The position numbers were made by a program, and so were the translations under genes. A model generated the notes under the pieces. It was not told the DNA's origin. It saw nothing but the letters and a program-made list of their open reading frames with translations, and made no database searches. A stretch of DNA of 64,000 nt from Candidatus Cloacimonadales bacterium (lineage in GTDB: Bacteria > Cloacimonadota > Cloacimonadia > Cloacimonadales > DAONDQ01), in contig OY759316.1 in the NCBI GenBank assembly GCA_963662275.1, positions 4,096,001 to 4,160,000 on the forward strand, read 5' to 3'. Numbering within the stretch: position 1 is the first letter of the stretch; each line of letters starts with the position of its first letter. Of the stretch, positions 1 through 9,448 are shown piece by piece.

Positions 1-925
1 GTCCAACTGTGTAGTCATGTATTATTTCGCTATTCCAATTGACAAGTGAAACAACGCCGTTCTCTCCCCAATGAGAATTCACGATACCGAGGCAGTCCGT
101 ATTTCCAGAAAGACAGGAACCGCCTGGTGTAAATGGATTCGAAGATGTGTTCAGCATTTCAAATGTTCGGGTTTCATAAACATAAACACCTGTGTTCATA
201 GCTTCTGCGATATAAGCTTTATGATTAGCTCCAATCCAGATATTTCCTAAGTTTCCCCCGATAGGTAGGGTTCTTTCCACCGTATTTGTGATTGGATCAA
301 TGATACAGATATTCCCATGTACACTTGACCAATTACCGGTACATACAACATGAATCTTACCATCAGCAACCGCCAGGAACTGAGCATTCATTTCCACAGG
401 TATTGAGGCTGCTACTGCGAAAGTATTCAAATCTATCACAGATACAGTACTCGGTGAGTAATTCGGATAGTTCCCCGTGTTAGCCACATAGAGAGTATTT
501 CCTGCGATACACATTCCTTCCGGTCCAATACCCACTAAAACTTCTGCCACGACTTGATTGGTCGTAAGTGATACTTTATATAATTTGTTGGTGAAAAGCC
601 CTGTAACATAAGCAAAATTGTCTTTAATCGCAATATCGTAAGGATTGGAAGAAGCTGCTACGAAGATCGTGGCAATCGTCTGTCCTGTCAGTAAATCTAT
701 CTTCTGCACGTTATTAGCCCCTGAATTGACGACGTAGCCGAAATGGTCTTGGATCTCCATCAGGTTTGGTGCAAGTCCGAGTAAAGCAAAAGTGTTATTT
801 ACCTGGCTTGTTTCTGTGTTGATCTTGGATAAGGTCTGACTGCTGCTGTTGATGACAAAGATATTTGTTCCCTGCAGGTTCGTCGCTAACATGATAAGAA
901 TGAGCAAGAATAGATTCAGTTTCAA
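1..925 (-). CDS. Secreted YncE/BtuG-like beta-propeller protein (partial, runs off the window start)
   Basis: Not in the ORF track. Manual translation from TTG at 925 (GGAGG RBS upstream) gives MKLNLFLLILIMLATNLQGTNIFVINSSSQTLSKINTET..., a signal peptide followed by repeated YV.N....V..ID blades. Lies directly downstream of the TonB receptor. Confidence 0.7.
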   Translation of the reverse strand, partial: MKLNLFLLILIMLATNLQGTNIFVINSSSQTLSKINTETSQVNNTFALLGLAPNLMEIQDHFGYVVNSGANNVQKIDLLTGQTIATIFVAASSNPYDIAIKDNFAYVTGLFTNKLYKVSLTTNQVVAEVLVGIGPEGMCIAGNTLYVANTGNYPNYSPSTVSVIDLNTFAVAASIPVEMNAQFLAVADGKIHVVCTGNWSSVHGNICIIDPITNTVERTLPIGGNLGNIWIGANHKAYIAEAMNTGVYVYETRTFEMLNTSSNPFTPGGSCLSGNTDCLGIVNSHWGENGVVSLVNWNSEIIHDYTVG

Positions 926-944
926 GGGTTTCCTCCATTGATCA

Positions 945-3107
945 TTATAATTGATATGCAATATTCAACTGAAGCTGCCAGTGAAAACCTGGCTGCGGAA
1001 TATAAGGATAGATCTCATACTTGTGGTTGAAAAGATTATAAGCTGACAAAGACAGGCTTTCCTTCCATTTCTTTGTTACGAAGTTCATTCCTGTATCAGC
1101 ATCTACAATTCCATACGGTTTCAAAGGTGGTAAGAGGTTATCAGGTTTTGACCATTGCCTGCCTGTGTAGGAATAGTAGAGATTCAGGAATTGAGACTTT
1201 CTTTTCACGGCGGCACTGCAACGAAACTGAGTTTCCGGTAAATATACAAGGTGCTTTCCGTAAAAGGCAGAATGCACTCCATTGGGAAGAATTGATCTAT
1301 CGTAAGCAGATGTATATGTAAAAGAAGCATCCAGGTTAAGAAAAGAAAACGGTTTGGCTGTTGCTTCGAAGACAATGCTTTTCATCTCCGCCCTGGCAAT
1401 ATTCACAGGTTTCCATACACCACCCCAAGTATAGGATTGAATCCAAAGAATCATATCCTCTAAATAATTCTGGTGATAATTGATTTGCAGTGAATTATCC
1501 TGCCATTGCCATTTTCCAAACACTTGCCAGCCATGTGAACGTTCAGGTTCCAGGTCAGCATTTCCCGTTGCCTGGGCATCACCTTTCCAATACAAGCTGT
1601 AAAAGGAAGGAACAGTGAATCCAGTACCATATGAACCACCGGCAGTCACATCAGACCAGCTTCTGTAAGTTGCATCAGCACTTATCCGGTAAGTGACAAA
1701 ACGATCAAACAAGTCCTGGTGGTCGATCCTGCCATTCAATAAACTATGGAAAGTGAAAGACGATATATCTTTGGAGTATTCAATCTGCTCTCCACCAGCA
1801 AAGAGGGTTTGGGATTTTTGAGGAATATCATGACTTGGATAAGTAGGTTCTTCATAGATATAATCTTCTTTCCAATATTCCAGGAAAGTATGGAATTTCA
1901 TCTCCATCCAAACCTTATCCCAAGAACCTTGCGAACCATTCTTTACAAGCTTATTCTTACTTTTCATCAAGTAAACCGGTAAAGGAGCATGGGTATTATC
2001 ATAAGTAGTATTCTCTCTGTTCTGATAAAGCATAAGGTGCAGTTCATTGTTTTCTTTGCCATGACGGATATCGAGAGATTGACGCAGCGTTTCACCTTTT
2101 ATTCCGGCATCCTGGTAAAGGAGCAGGAAATTCACAGGTCCGGGAAGCTGTTTGTCAAAATCCTGGTAGTCAAATGTATAATGTACATTCCAGTCGTCCT
2201 TCATCAGACCGAGATGAAACATCATATCTTCCACATATTTACGATTGAAGGTACGTTTGAGCGTAACGTTCTGCCCATTCTGTGTCATCGTATGATAAGA
2301 AAAGTCATTCTCTGCCTTCATATTACTGTAATAGACCATTGCCTGGACATGAGAAGTCGTCAGGAAACTGCGGAAAGATTCTCTCTGATAACCTAAACTG
2401 CCACTGCCATAAGTTGCTTCAAGAGTAGACTTGCCATTGTTACCGAATTGCTTGGTATGAATATTAAGCATACCACCCATCCCGCCACTGCCAACAAGAC
2501 TGGATGTATTATTCTGCATTACTTCCACTCTTTCCACGGATTCTGAAGGAATAGAGGACAGGTCGAAATCTTCACCTGAGACATTTAATGGTACACCATC
2601 CAATGAAACTGCCACATGCCTGCTTTTGAAACCCAACAACGAAAGAGACTGCTTTTCCCCATCCAGTGAAGTGCCTTGTACAAGAAAGCTGCCTTGGTGA
2701 GCTAGTATGCCAGCTATGTTAGAATATGAATTCGGTGGAATAGAGTATTTCTTTGATTCATTCAAATTTATTGAAGAACTATACATACTTCTGTCCCAAA
2801 CATGAACACCACTAATAGAGAACGGCTCTATCTTCAGAATAATTACGATGGGAGTCTTTAGATTTATTATCGTAAAGGAAGCTTTCTTGTAACCCATTTT
2901 ATGAAAAGACAGAGTTACATGACGATCACTGACTTTGATTTGAAAGGAACCATCGAAGCCTGTCTTTACATCCTCGATATCTGAGTTTACCCAAACATCT
3001 GAAATAGGCTTGTCCAGGCTGTCCCTAACAACACCTGTCACTTTCGTCATGGAAAACAATGACAGAGTGATTAAGTATAGGGTCAGGAGCAGTAATAGTC
3101 TTTTCAT
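945..3107 (-). CDS. btuB: TonB-dependent outer-membrane receptor, probably cobalamin (BtuB-like)
   Basis: Signal peptide, carboxypeptidase-regulatory-like N-domain, plug motifs (LDGVPL...DLSSIP...VERVEV...GMGGMLNIHTK), PSFYSLYW...GNADLEPERS and a beta-barrel C-terminus; B12 context. Confidence 0.8.
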   Translation of the reverse strand: MKRLLLLLTLYLITLSLFSMTKVTGVVRDSLDKPISDVWVNSDIEDVKTGFDGSFQIKVSDRHVTLSFHKMGYKKASFTIINLKTPIVIILKIEPFSISGVHVWDRSMYSSSINLNESKKYSIPPNSYSNIAGILAHQGSFLVQGTSLDGEKQSLSLLGFKSRHVAVSLDGVPLNVSGEDFDLSSIPSESVERVEVMQNNTSSLVGSGGMGGMLNIHTKQFGNNGKSTLEATYGSGSLGYQRESFRSFLTTSHVQAMVYYSNMKAENDFSYHTMTQNGQNVTLKRTFNRKYVEDMMFHLGLMKDDWNVHYTFDYQDFDKQLPGPVNFLLLYQDAGIKGETLRQSLDIRHGKENNELHLMLYQNRENTTYDNTHAPLPVYLMKSKNKLVKNGSQGSWDKVWMEMKFHTFLEYWKEDYIYEEPTYPSHDIPQKSQTLFAGGEQIEYSKDISSFTFHSLLNGRIDHQDLFDRFVTYRISADATYRSWSDVTAGGSYGTGFTVPSFYSLYWKGDAQATGNADLEPERSHGWQVFGKWQWQDNSLQINYHQNYLEDMILWIQSYTWGGVWKPVNIARAEMKSIVFEATAKPFSFLNLDASFTYTSAYDRSILPNGVHSAFYGKHLVYLPETQFRCSAAVKRKSQFLNLYYSYTGRQWSKPDNLLPPLKPYGIVDADTGMNFVTKKWKESLSLSAYNLFNHKYEIYPYIPQPGFHWQLQLNIAYQL

Positions 3108-3274
3108 TATATTCCTTTTTACTATCGGTTTAAAGTATCAGGTCTGAGCAGAGAAGAACTAGCTCTCCCCTAACCCCTCCCTTTACAAATGGGAGGGGAA
3201 TCAGATGGGTTTCATCCAGACAAGAGCGGGGAATCAGACGGGCGTACTGTCGAACGCCCCTACTCTGCAAATCT

Positions 3275-4096
3275 TCAATCTTCACTCTTCAATCTTCCAT
3301 TTCTGCCCGGTCCCGGGTATTGAAAGTTTGGCTTTCCAGTATTCATATTCATTGTGATATTCAAAGAAATCCCGAATAATTGCTGCAATACTTCCGTTCT
3401 TATCACTTGTTCAGCTACACCGTGTATAATGAGTTTTCCATCATTTAGAAGATAGAGTTCATCGCAGTAATTGGCTGCCAGGTTGATGTTATGCGAAACC
3501 AGGATAACAAGCTTTTGCTTATCATTGGCTATCTCACGCAGCAGATTCATGGTCTCTACCTGGTAATTGATATCCAGTTGGGAAAGACTTTCATCAAGAA
3601 GGATGACATCCGTTTGCTGGACCAGTGCCCTGGCGATGAGAACCCTTTGCTTTTCTCCACCACTAAGCTCGAGGTAATATTTCTTCGCTAAATGAGAGAG
3701 ATGAAGTGTCTTGATCATCTCGTTGGTGATTTCTTCATCTTTTGCTGAGTAGTTCTGCCACATTGTTAAATACGGAAATCTGCCCATGAGAATCAGTTCT
3801 TGCACTTTGTAATCAAACTGAAACTCCAGCTCCTGGGGTATCATCGCTAGTTTCTTTGCTAATTCCAAGCGATGCCAGTTCTGCAGGGGAACACTATTAT
3901 AGTTAATAGTACCACTAGAGATTGGCAAATAACCTACCATTGTTTTCAAAAGAGTCGATTTTCCTGCACCATTCGGTCCAAGCAAGGCACAGAATCCCTG
4001 TTCAGGAAAGACAATACTTATTTCCTGCAGTACCGGTTTTTCAGGATAACCTGAACAGAGCTTTTCAATTTCAATACGCATATCATTCCTTATCAT
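3275..4096 (-). CDS. btuD: Cobalamin/iron-siderophore ABC transporter ATP-binding protein
   Basis: Walker A GPNGAGKST, LSGGEKQR signature, LLDE, H-loop SHNIN. Confidence 0.85.
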   Translation of the reverse strand: MIRNDMRIEIEKLCSGYPEKPVLQEISIVFPEQGFCALLGPNGAGKSTLLKTMVGYLPISSGTINYNSVPLQNWHRLELAKKLAMIPQELEFQFDYKVQELILMGRFPYLTMWQNYSAKDEEITNEMIKTLHLSHLAKKYYLELSGGEKQRVLIARALVQQTDVILLDESLSQLDINYQVETMNLLREIANDKQKLVILVSHNINLAANYCDELYLLNDGKLIIHGVAEQVIRTEVLQQLFGISLNITMNMNTGKPNFQYPGPGRNGRLKSED

Positions 4097-4217
4097 ATAG
4101 AGCAGGACGCCGTTCCTGCTAAACTAAATGTAGATTTTGAAGTCTATTTGCCCTTGTAGGGACAAACCCATGTGTTTGTCCTCTACTTCCAGGATAGACA
4201 CATGGGTCTATCCCTAC
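4097..4217. repeat. REP-like palindrome cluster
   Basis: atagagcaggacgccgttcctgct; gtagggacaaacccatgtgtttgtcct; inverted aggatagacacatgggtctatccctac. Confidence 0.75.
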
Positions 4218-4327
4218 ATAATATTCAGTCACCATGCCAGTTAATTTCTTTTCTGAAAAAATAACTTGCTAAAATTTGCTAATTCCTACCTTTTTACTAT
4301 GTTATCTATGAAGGAAGTAAAAAAAAC

Positions 4328-4750
4328 ATGCAGATTACGACAAAAACAGAATATTCAGTACGTGCTCTTGTGGAGATTGGAATGCATTATGGAAAGCCTG
4401 TTTCTATTCGGGAGATTTGTTCTGTACAGAATCTTCCGGAGAAATACGTTGAACAACTGTTCAGACGCTTGAAGAAGCAAAATATCATCACCAGCAGTCC
4501 TGGAGTTCATGGCGGATACAAGCTTGCTCGTGCTGCCGAAGAAATCAACTTGCAGGAGATAATGGATGCTGCTGAAGATAACACATATCAAACTTATTGC
4601 TCCAGCAAACCGGAAAGCGGTTTCTGTTTGGGCAATCCTTGTGTTTTACAGCAATTATGGCAGGAGATTCATGAGTATATGAAATCCTACCTGGAAGATA
4701 TGACCTTAAAACAGATTATGGATAGATTGAAGGAGACAAGCCATGAATAA
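4328..4750 (+). CDS. iscR: Rrf2-family transcriptional regulator (IscR-like)
   Basis: TTKTEYSVRAL, YVEQLFRRLKK, GVHGGYKLAR, three C-terminal Cys; first gene of the isc operon. Confidence 0.85.
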   Translation: MQITTKTEYSVRALVEIGMHYGKPVSIREICSVQNLPEKYVEQLFRRLKKQNIITSSPGVHGGYKLARAAEEINLQEIMDAAEDNTYQTYCSSKPESGFCLGNPCVLQQLWQEIHEYMKSYLEDMTLKQIMDRLKETSHE

Positions 4751-4803
4751 ACACTTAGAGTTGACTTCAGGAAACAATGTAGCGCTTACTTTAGGAGGTT
4801 CTC

Positions 4804-5979
4804 ATGAATAAACATATATATTTAGATAACTGTATTACCACTCAACCTGCTCTTGAAGTCATAGAAGCTATGATGCCATATTTGAAAGGAAAGTTCTGGT
4901 TTCCAGGTTCGTTCATCAGTACAGGCGAAACAATCGCTGCTGACTTGGAGAAGTATCGTGAAATAGTAGCAAATTCATTGCATGCAAATCCTTCTGAAAT
5001 ACATTTCACTGGTGGCGGTACAATGGCAAACAACATTGCCATAAAAGGCTTATTAGAACAACATGCTGGAAAAGGAAAACACATTATCTGTTCCATTGTG
5101 GATTATCCGGATATTCTCACTAATGCTGCCTTCTTTGAAGACGCAGGCTTTGAAGTCACATATCTAAGTCCTAACCAGGAAGCCTTCATTGACTTGGATG
5201 AACTGAAAGCATCGATACGACACGATACTATCCTTTTCATGACTACTGCCGTGAATCATGTTGTGGGCACTATCCAACCTCTCAAGAAAATTGAACAGAT
5301 CCTGCGTTCTGCTGATCATCATATATTCTATCATGTAGATGGATGCCAGGGTTATGGTAAAATGTCATTGGATATGAAAGAACTGGATATCGATACTATG
5401 TCTATCAGCGCTCATAAGATTCATGGTGTACAGGGAGTAGGTGCCTTGTATTTGAAACAGGGTACAAAGATAGGACAGTATGTGCATGGCATCACCCGAT
5501 TTGATAGTCTCCAAACCGGTGGAATCAGCTTTGCGGGTATTGCCGGATTCGCTAAAGCCGTGGAATTGCAGTTTGCGGATTTACCGGCAAGCATTGCTTT
5601 CCTGCGTGAACTATCTAATTATCTGTTGGAAAGAATTCAAAAGAAGATACCTTATGTGGAAGTAAATGGACCGTTGGGTGAAGGACGTGCACCTCACAAT
5701 ATGAATGTCACGTTTGATTTCATTGAAGGAGAAGCCATCACAATGATGTTGGATATGCATGGTATCACTGTTGCAACCGGCAGCGCCTGTGCCTCTGAAG
5801 GTCTTAAGGCAAATTACGTTTTGATGGGAATTGGCAAGACACATATTCAATCACACGGTTCCATGAAATTCACCGTCGGACGTTACAACACTAAGCAAGA
5901 GATTGATTTTGCTGTGGAAAAGATAGCAGAAATAGTGAAGGAACTGCGTTCCAGAAGTCCACTATATCATGAGAATTAA
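4804..5979 (+). CDS. iscS: Cysteine desulfurase, IscS/NifS family (divergent)
   Basis: YLDN..TT, PLP lysine SAHKIHG, catalytic GSACAS; lies between Rrf2 and IscU genes. Confidence 0.85.
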   Translation: MNKHIYLDNCITTQPALEVIEAMMPYLKGKFWFPGSFISTGETIAADLEKYREIVANSLHANPSEIHFTGGGTMANNIAIKGLLEQHAGKGKHIICSIVDYPDILTNAAFFEDAGFEVTYLSPNQEAFIDLDELKASIRHDTILFMTTAVNHVVGTIQPLKKIEQILRSADHHIFYHVDGCQGYGKMSLDMKELDIDTMSISAHKIHGVQGVGALYLKQGTKIGQYVHGITRFDSLQTGGISFAGIAGFAKAVELQFADLPASIAFLRELSNYLLERIQKKIPYVEVNGPLGEGRAPHNMNVTFDFIEGEAITMMLDMHGITVATGSACASEGLKANYVLMGIGKTHIQSHGSMKFTVGRYNTKQEIDFAVEKIAEIVKELRSRSPLYHEN

Positions 5980-6012
5980 ACAGGCTTAATGCCATTCATA
6001 TAGGAGAACATA

Positions 6013-6633
6013 ATGCAATACTCCCAGAAGGTCTTAGATCATTTTATGCACCCGCACAATGTAGGAAAGATTGAAAATCCTGATGCCATTGCCACAGAAG
6101 GAAGCCCTGCATGTGGTGACCAGGTTACCGTATATTTGAAAGTAAACCCGGACACACTTGTTATTGAAGAAGCCAAGTTCCAATCTTATGGTTGTGCTTC
6201 CAATATCGCAACTGCTTCCATTATTACTGACTTAGCTATTGGAAAGACCTTGGATGAAGCCAATAAAATTACCTGGCGAGACGCTATGGATGCTCTAGAT
6301 GGTCTTCCTCCTGTTAAAGTGCATTGTTCTGTCTTGGCAGCGGATACACTTCGTAAAGCAATTTCCAAGTATCAAATCGATAAAGGTTTAATAGAAGCGC
6401 CAAAGTTCAGTAAAGATACTATCGTGGAAGAACTTCGCAAGATCATCTATCCCAAAGTTGGAGAAGATATCGTGACCTTGAAGATGGTGAAATACGTCGG
6501 TATTGAAGATGGAACTGTGATTATTGATCTGCAGATACCCAGCTTCGATATGTATAAGGAAAATATCGCCGAGGAAATTCGTGAGCATTTAGCTGTCTTT
6601 CCTGAAATCAAGGATGTTAAAATCACAATGTAG
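6013..6633 (+). CDS. iscU: Fe-S scaffold IscU/NifU-N fused to a C-terminal DUF59-like domain
   Basis: YSQKVLDHFMHPHNVG, PACGD, GCAS, LPPVKVHCS; C-terminal IVEELRKIIYPKVGEDIVTLKMV resembles DUF59. Confidence 0.85.
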   Translation: MQYSQKVLDHFMHPHNVGKIENPDAIATEGSPACGDQVTVYLKVNPDTLVIEEAKFQSYGCASNIATASIITDLAIGKTLDEANKITWRDAMDALDGLPPVKVHCSVLAADTLRKAISKYQIDKGLIEAPKFSKDTIVEELRKIIYPKVGEDIVTLKMVKYVGIEDGTVIIDLQIPSFDMYKENIAEEIREHLAVFPEIKDVKITM

Positions 6634-6771
6634 ATTGAAGAAGGTTATAGGTTCTAGGTACTAGGTGTTAGCTCAGAAAAGAGAAGAGAAGAACTGGAAC
6701 CTGGCACCTAAAACCTAGTACCTTCTGCCATAGGAATTAGCACACTATCGCAAAATCAAAGATCGTTATAA

Positions 6772-6899
6772 CGTAGAGTAGGATTCCGTTCCTGCTGAAT
6801 ATTCATCATCCAATTCGTGTTGTGGAGTAGGATTCCGATCCTACTGAACACGCATTTATTGATAATAACATCTTCAGTAGGATCGGAATCCTACTCCAC
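6772..6899. repeat. REP-like palindrome cluster (convergent, BIME-like)
   Basis: gtagagtaggattccgttcctgctgaa, gtggagtaggattccgatcctactgaa and an inverted copy ttcagtaggatcggaatcctactccac. Confidence 0.8.
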
Positions 6900-6903
6900 T
6901 TTA

Positions 6904-7953
6904 TTACTTCTTTATCATCAAATACACAAACAACGGACAGCCAATAAAGGCAGTGATGATCCCCACTGGTAATTCCAGCACAGTCAAGTGCATTGCCAGA
7001 AAATCACAAACCAATAGGAAGATCGCTCCACCCCAGACAGAAAGCGGAAATACCTTTCGCTGATCTGCTCCAAAGCGAAGTCTGACCATATGCGGCACTA
7101 TCAAACCAACGAATCCGATGATACCTGCATAAGCAACGGTAATACCTGTTAAGATCGAACTGATCAGGAATATATTACGTCGCAGGTCTTTTACATTCAC
7201 GCCAAGAGTCGTGGCTGCTAAATCACCAGAGGTAAGAACATTCAATTTATTTGCAGAAAGATGAAGAACAGATAACAAGATCACAGAAATGCAGAACATC
7301 CCAAGAAAGAAATACCATTCCTGGTTACTGAAAATATGCCCAAGATTTCCCATGAGTATATTTATAATGACTGATAAGTCCTGCTGATTCAGATACATCA
7401 ATAATGAAAGGCAGGCAGAAAAGAACATACCGGCAATGATTCCTGAGAGCAGAAGCTTCACTTTATCGAAATAACCACCTATATGAGCTATTGTCCAAAC
7501 AATGACCATGGTTAGCATCGCTCCACCGAAACCAAAGAGAGGCATTAGGACTGCCAGTCCTGTTACTGCAGCTATTGTTGATAAGAACGCTCCACCTGCA
7601 GATATCCCCAGGATATAAGGTTCAGCAAGCGGATTGTTCAGCATGGCCTGATATGTAGAGCCAACTCCTGCTAAAATCATGCCTGTGAGAAGTGTCAGCA
7701 TGAACCGGGGAAGACGAACCTTAACAAGTATCCAGTCTGAACTGATACCATAAGTCAGGTAAATATAGGCTATGGCAATACTGGCAATGCCTGCAAATAT
7801 CAAGAAAAGTCCATTATAACTCCTTTTGGAAGAGCTAGTATCACACAATCCAGCGTTGGCAACCACGATATATCCCCCCTTGGGAAGGGGGGTAGGGGGG
7901 TCTCTTCTTTCGAACTTCCCTTCGGGGTGGTGCTTCTTCGTATTTCTCTTCAT
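6904..7953 (-). CDS. btuC: FecCD/BtuC-family ABC transporter permease
   Basis: RLPR, QAMLNNPLAEPYILGISAGG, GIIGFVGLIVPH, ELPVGIITAFIGCPLF; ATG overlaps the btuF stop (TAATG). Confidence 0.88.
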   Translation of the reverse strand: MKRNTKKHHPEGKFERRDPPTPLPKGGYIVVANAGLCDTSSSKRSYNGLFLIFAGIASIAIAYIYLTYGISSDWILVKVRLPRFMLTLLTGMILAGVGSTYQAMLNNPLAEPYILGISAGGAFLSTIAAVTGLAVLMPLFGFGGAMLTMVIVWTIAHIGGYFDKVKLLLSGIIAGMFFSACLSLLMYLNQQDLSVIINILMGNLGHIFSNQEWYFFLGMFCISVILLSVLHLSANKLNVLTSGDLAATTLGVNVKDLRRNIFLISSILTGITVAYAGIIGFVGLIVPHMVRLRFGADQRKVFPLSVWGGAIFLLVCDFLAMHLTVLELPVGIITAFIGCPLFVYLMIKK

Positions 7954-8798
7954 TACTTTGTACTTTTTATTTGTATTGGATAGAATATATTATGAAGCTG
8001 CTTGATACCTTCCATTACACGAGGTCCGGCGCGCAAAATCAAATCCGGATTAATATCTGCATCGAGGTAAATACGGTTGTTTTTAATGGCATCTATCTTT
8101 TCCCAACCACGACGATTCTTGATGTCTTTCACAGGTATTTCAGAAAAACTGATGATGATATTCGGATCACGGGTAATCACATCTTCTGCCTTCACACGAG
8201 CATAATCACGTTCCAGTAAAGGAAATATATTCCTACCCCCTGCAAGATCGATAACCTGTCCAACAAAGGATTGATCCGATACACTCATCAGAGGCTCATG
8301 ATAGATTTCCAAAAAGACACGTGGTCGCTGCAAATTAACACTTTCCTTCTGCAAAGATGCAATTTGCTGTTTCAAACTATCAGTAAATACCTTTGCCTTT
8401 TCTTCTGCACCAATCAGTTTACCGATATCATTCACCTTCGAAATCATTTCATTGATTGTCTTGGGATAATAAACATAGGTTTGGATAGAAAGCTTACTCA
8501 ATTCAGAAGAAAGTGAAGCCTGTTCCAGTCCGGATGTGAAGACAATCGTTGGTTTCAGGGCTAGGATCTTTTCCTTATCAATAGCTCCGAACTTCCCTAC
8601 TCGTGGTATTGATTTCAGAGAGGAAGGATAGGTGCATTCATCAGTCACTCCAACAATCTGGTTCGTTCCTGCAATATAGGCAACGATTTCAGCCACTTCC
8701 GGCGAAGTGATGACGTAACGAGGTTGTAATGAAGTCTTACGTGGAGAACAGGAACATACTAAAATAGTCATGATTAGAAGCATCAAAATTTCTTTCAT
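7953..8798 (-). CDS. btuF: Cobalamin-binding lipoprotein (BtuF-like)
   Basis: Lipobox-like N-terminus, IVGVTDECTYP, EKILALKP, LAGGRNIF, RAGPR; first gene after the B12 riboswitch. Confidence 0.85.
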   Translation of the reverse strand: MKEILMLLIMTILVCSCSPRKTSLQPRYVITSPEVAEIVAYIAGTNQIVGVTDECTYPSSLKSIPRVGKFGAIDKEKILALKPTIVFTSGLEQASLSSELSKLSIQTYVYYPKTINEMISKVNDIGKLIGAEEKAKVFTDSLKQQIASLQKESVNLQRPRVFLEIYHEPLMSVSDQSFVGQVIDLAGGRNIFPLLERDYARVKAEDVITRDPNIIISFSEIPVKDIKNRRGWEKIDAIKNNRIYLDADINPDLILRAGPRVMEGIKQLHNIFYPIQIKSTK

Positions 8799-8889
8799 CG
8801 TATCTCCTTTTCCTGGTGTGTGACCTGTGGTGGAAAAAGAGACCGAGTGTAAGGCTGGAAATCTTACTCCGAGATTCCATGACTTTGAC

Positions 8890-9045
8890 CTAATGGCAGG
8901 TTTCCTGGCTCACAGCCGGAATTTCATCATGCCTTCCCATCCCTTCTGAGGACAGTGACATGATTCCGATTTATGCTGTTTACAGTGGCGGAGACCGCTC
9001 CCGAATGTAACGGGATTCCCTTTTATATAACCACCAGATCACACA
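8890..9045 (-). ncRNA. Cobalamin riboswitch
   Basis: Minus strand reads ggt..AAAAGGGAAtcccgt..tcggGAGCGGtctcCGCCACTGTaa....GGGAAGgc....GAGCCAGGAAACCTGCC, matching the conserved core and B12 box; upstream of btuF. Confidence 0.92.
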
Positions 9046-9116
9046 ATAACCATAATTATGAGGTTGGAAGAAAAGTCAAGGAAAGAAGCTTGTAGCTGGT
9101 ATAGGAATTAGAATTT

Positions 9117-9292
9117 CCACTTCAAAGCCACTTTCAACCCTCATATATTAGAACCACACCACCACCGCAACACTACCGCAGGACCACCGCAGCAGAACCG
9201 CTCCTATAAGCGGTCGTGTTTTGGTTATGTTGCTGTTGTGGGTGGGTTGTTTTTGACTGGTATTCTAAGTGGGTTATTTGTTGGTTGAAGGA
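9117..9292. repeat. 11-nt-periodic imperfect long hairpin
   Basis: accaccgcaac actaccgcagg accaccgcagc agaaccgct, central accgct-cctata-agcggt, then a GT-rich mirrored arm. Confidence 0.55.
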
Positions 9293-9448
9293 GATACCAG
9301 AGATTAGAGATTAGAGGCTAGAGACTAGAAAAGAATCAAACTCTCCGACCTAAAGGTCACCTCTCTTTATCCAAAGAGAGGAATGAAAAAGACCCGTATC
9401 CAGTCTGTTTTTCCTCCTTATATCCACGTCTAATAAATGTTATACAGT

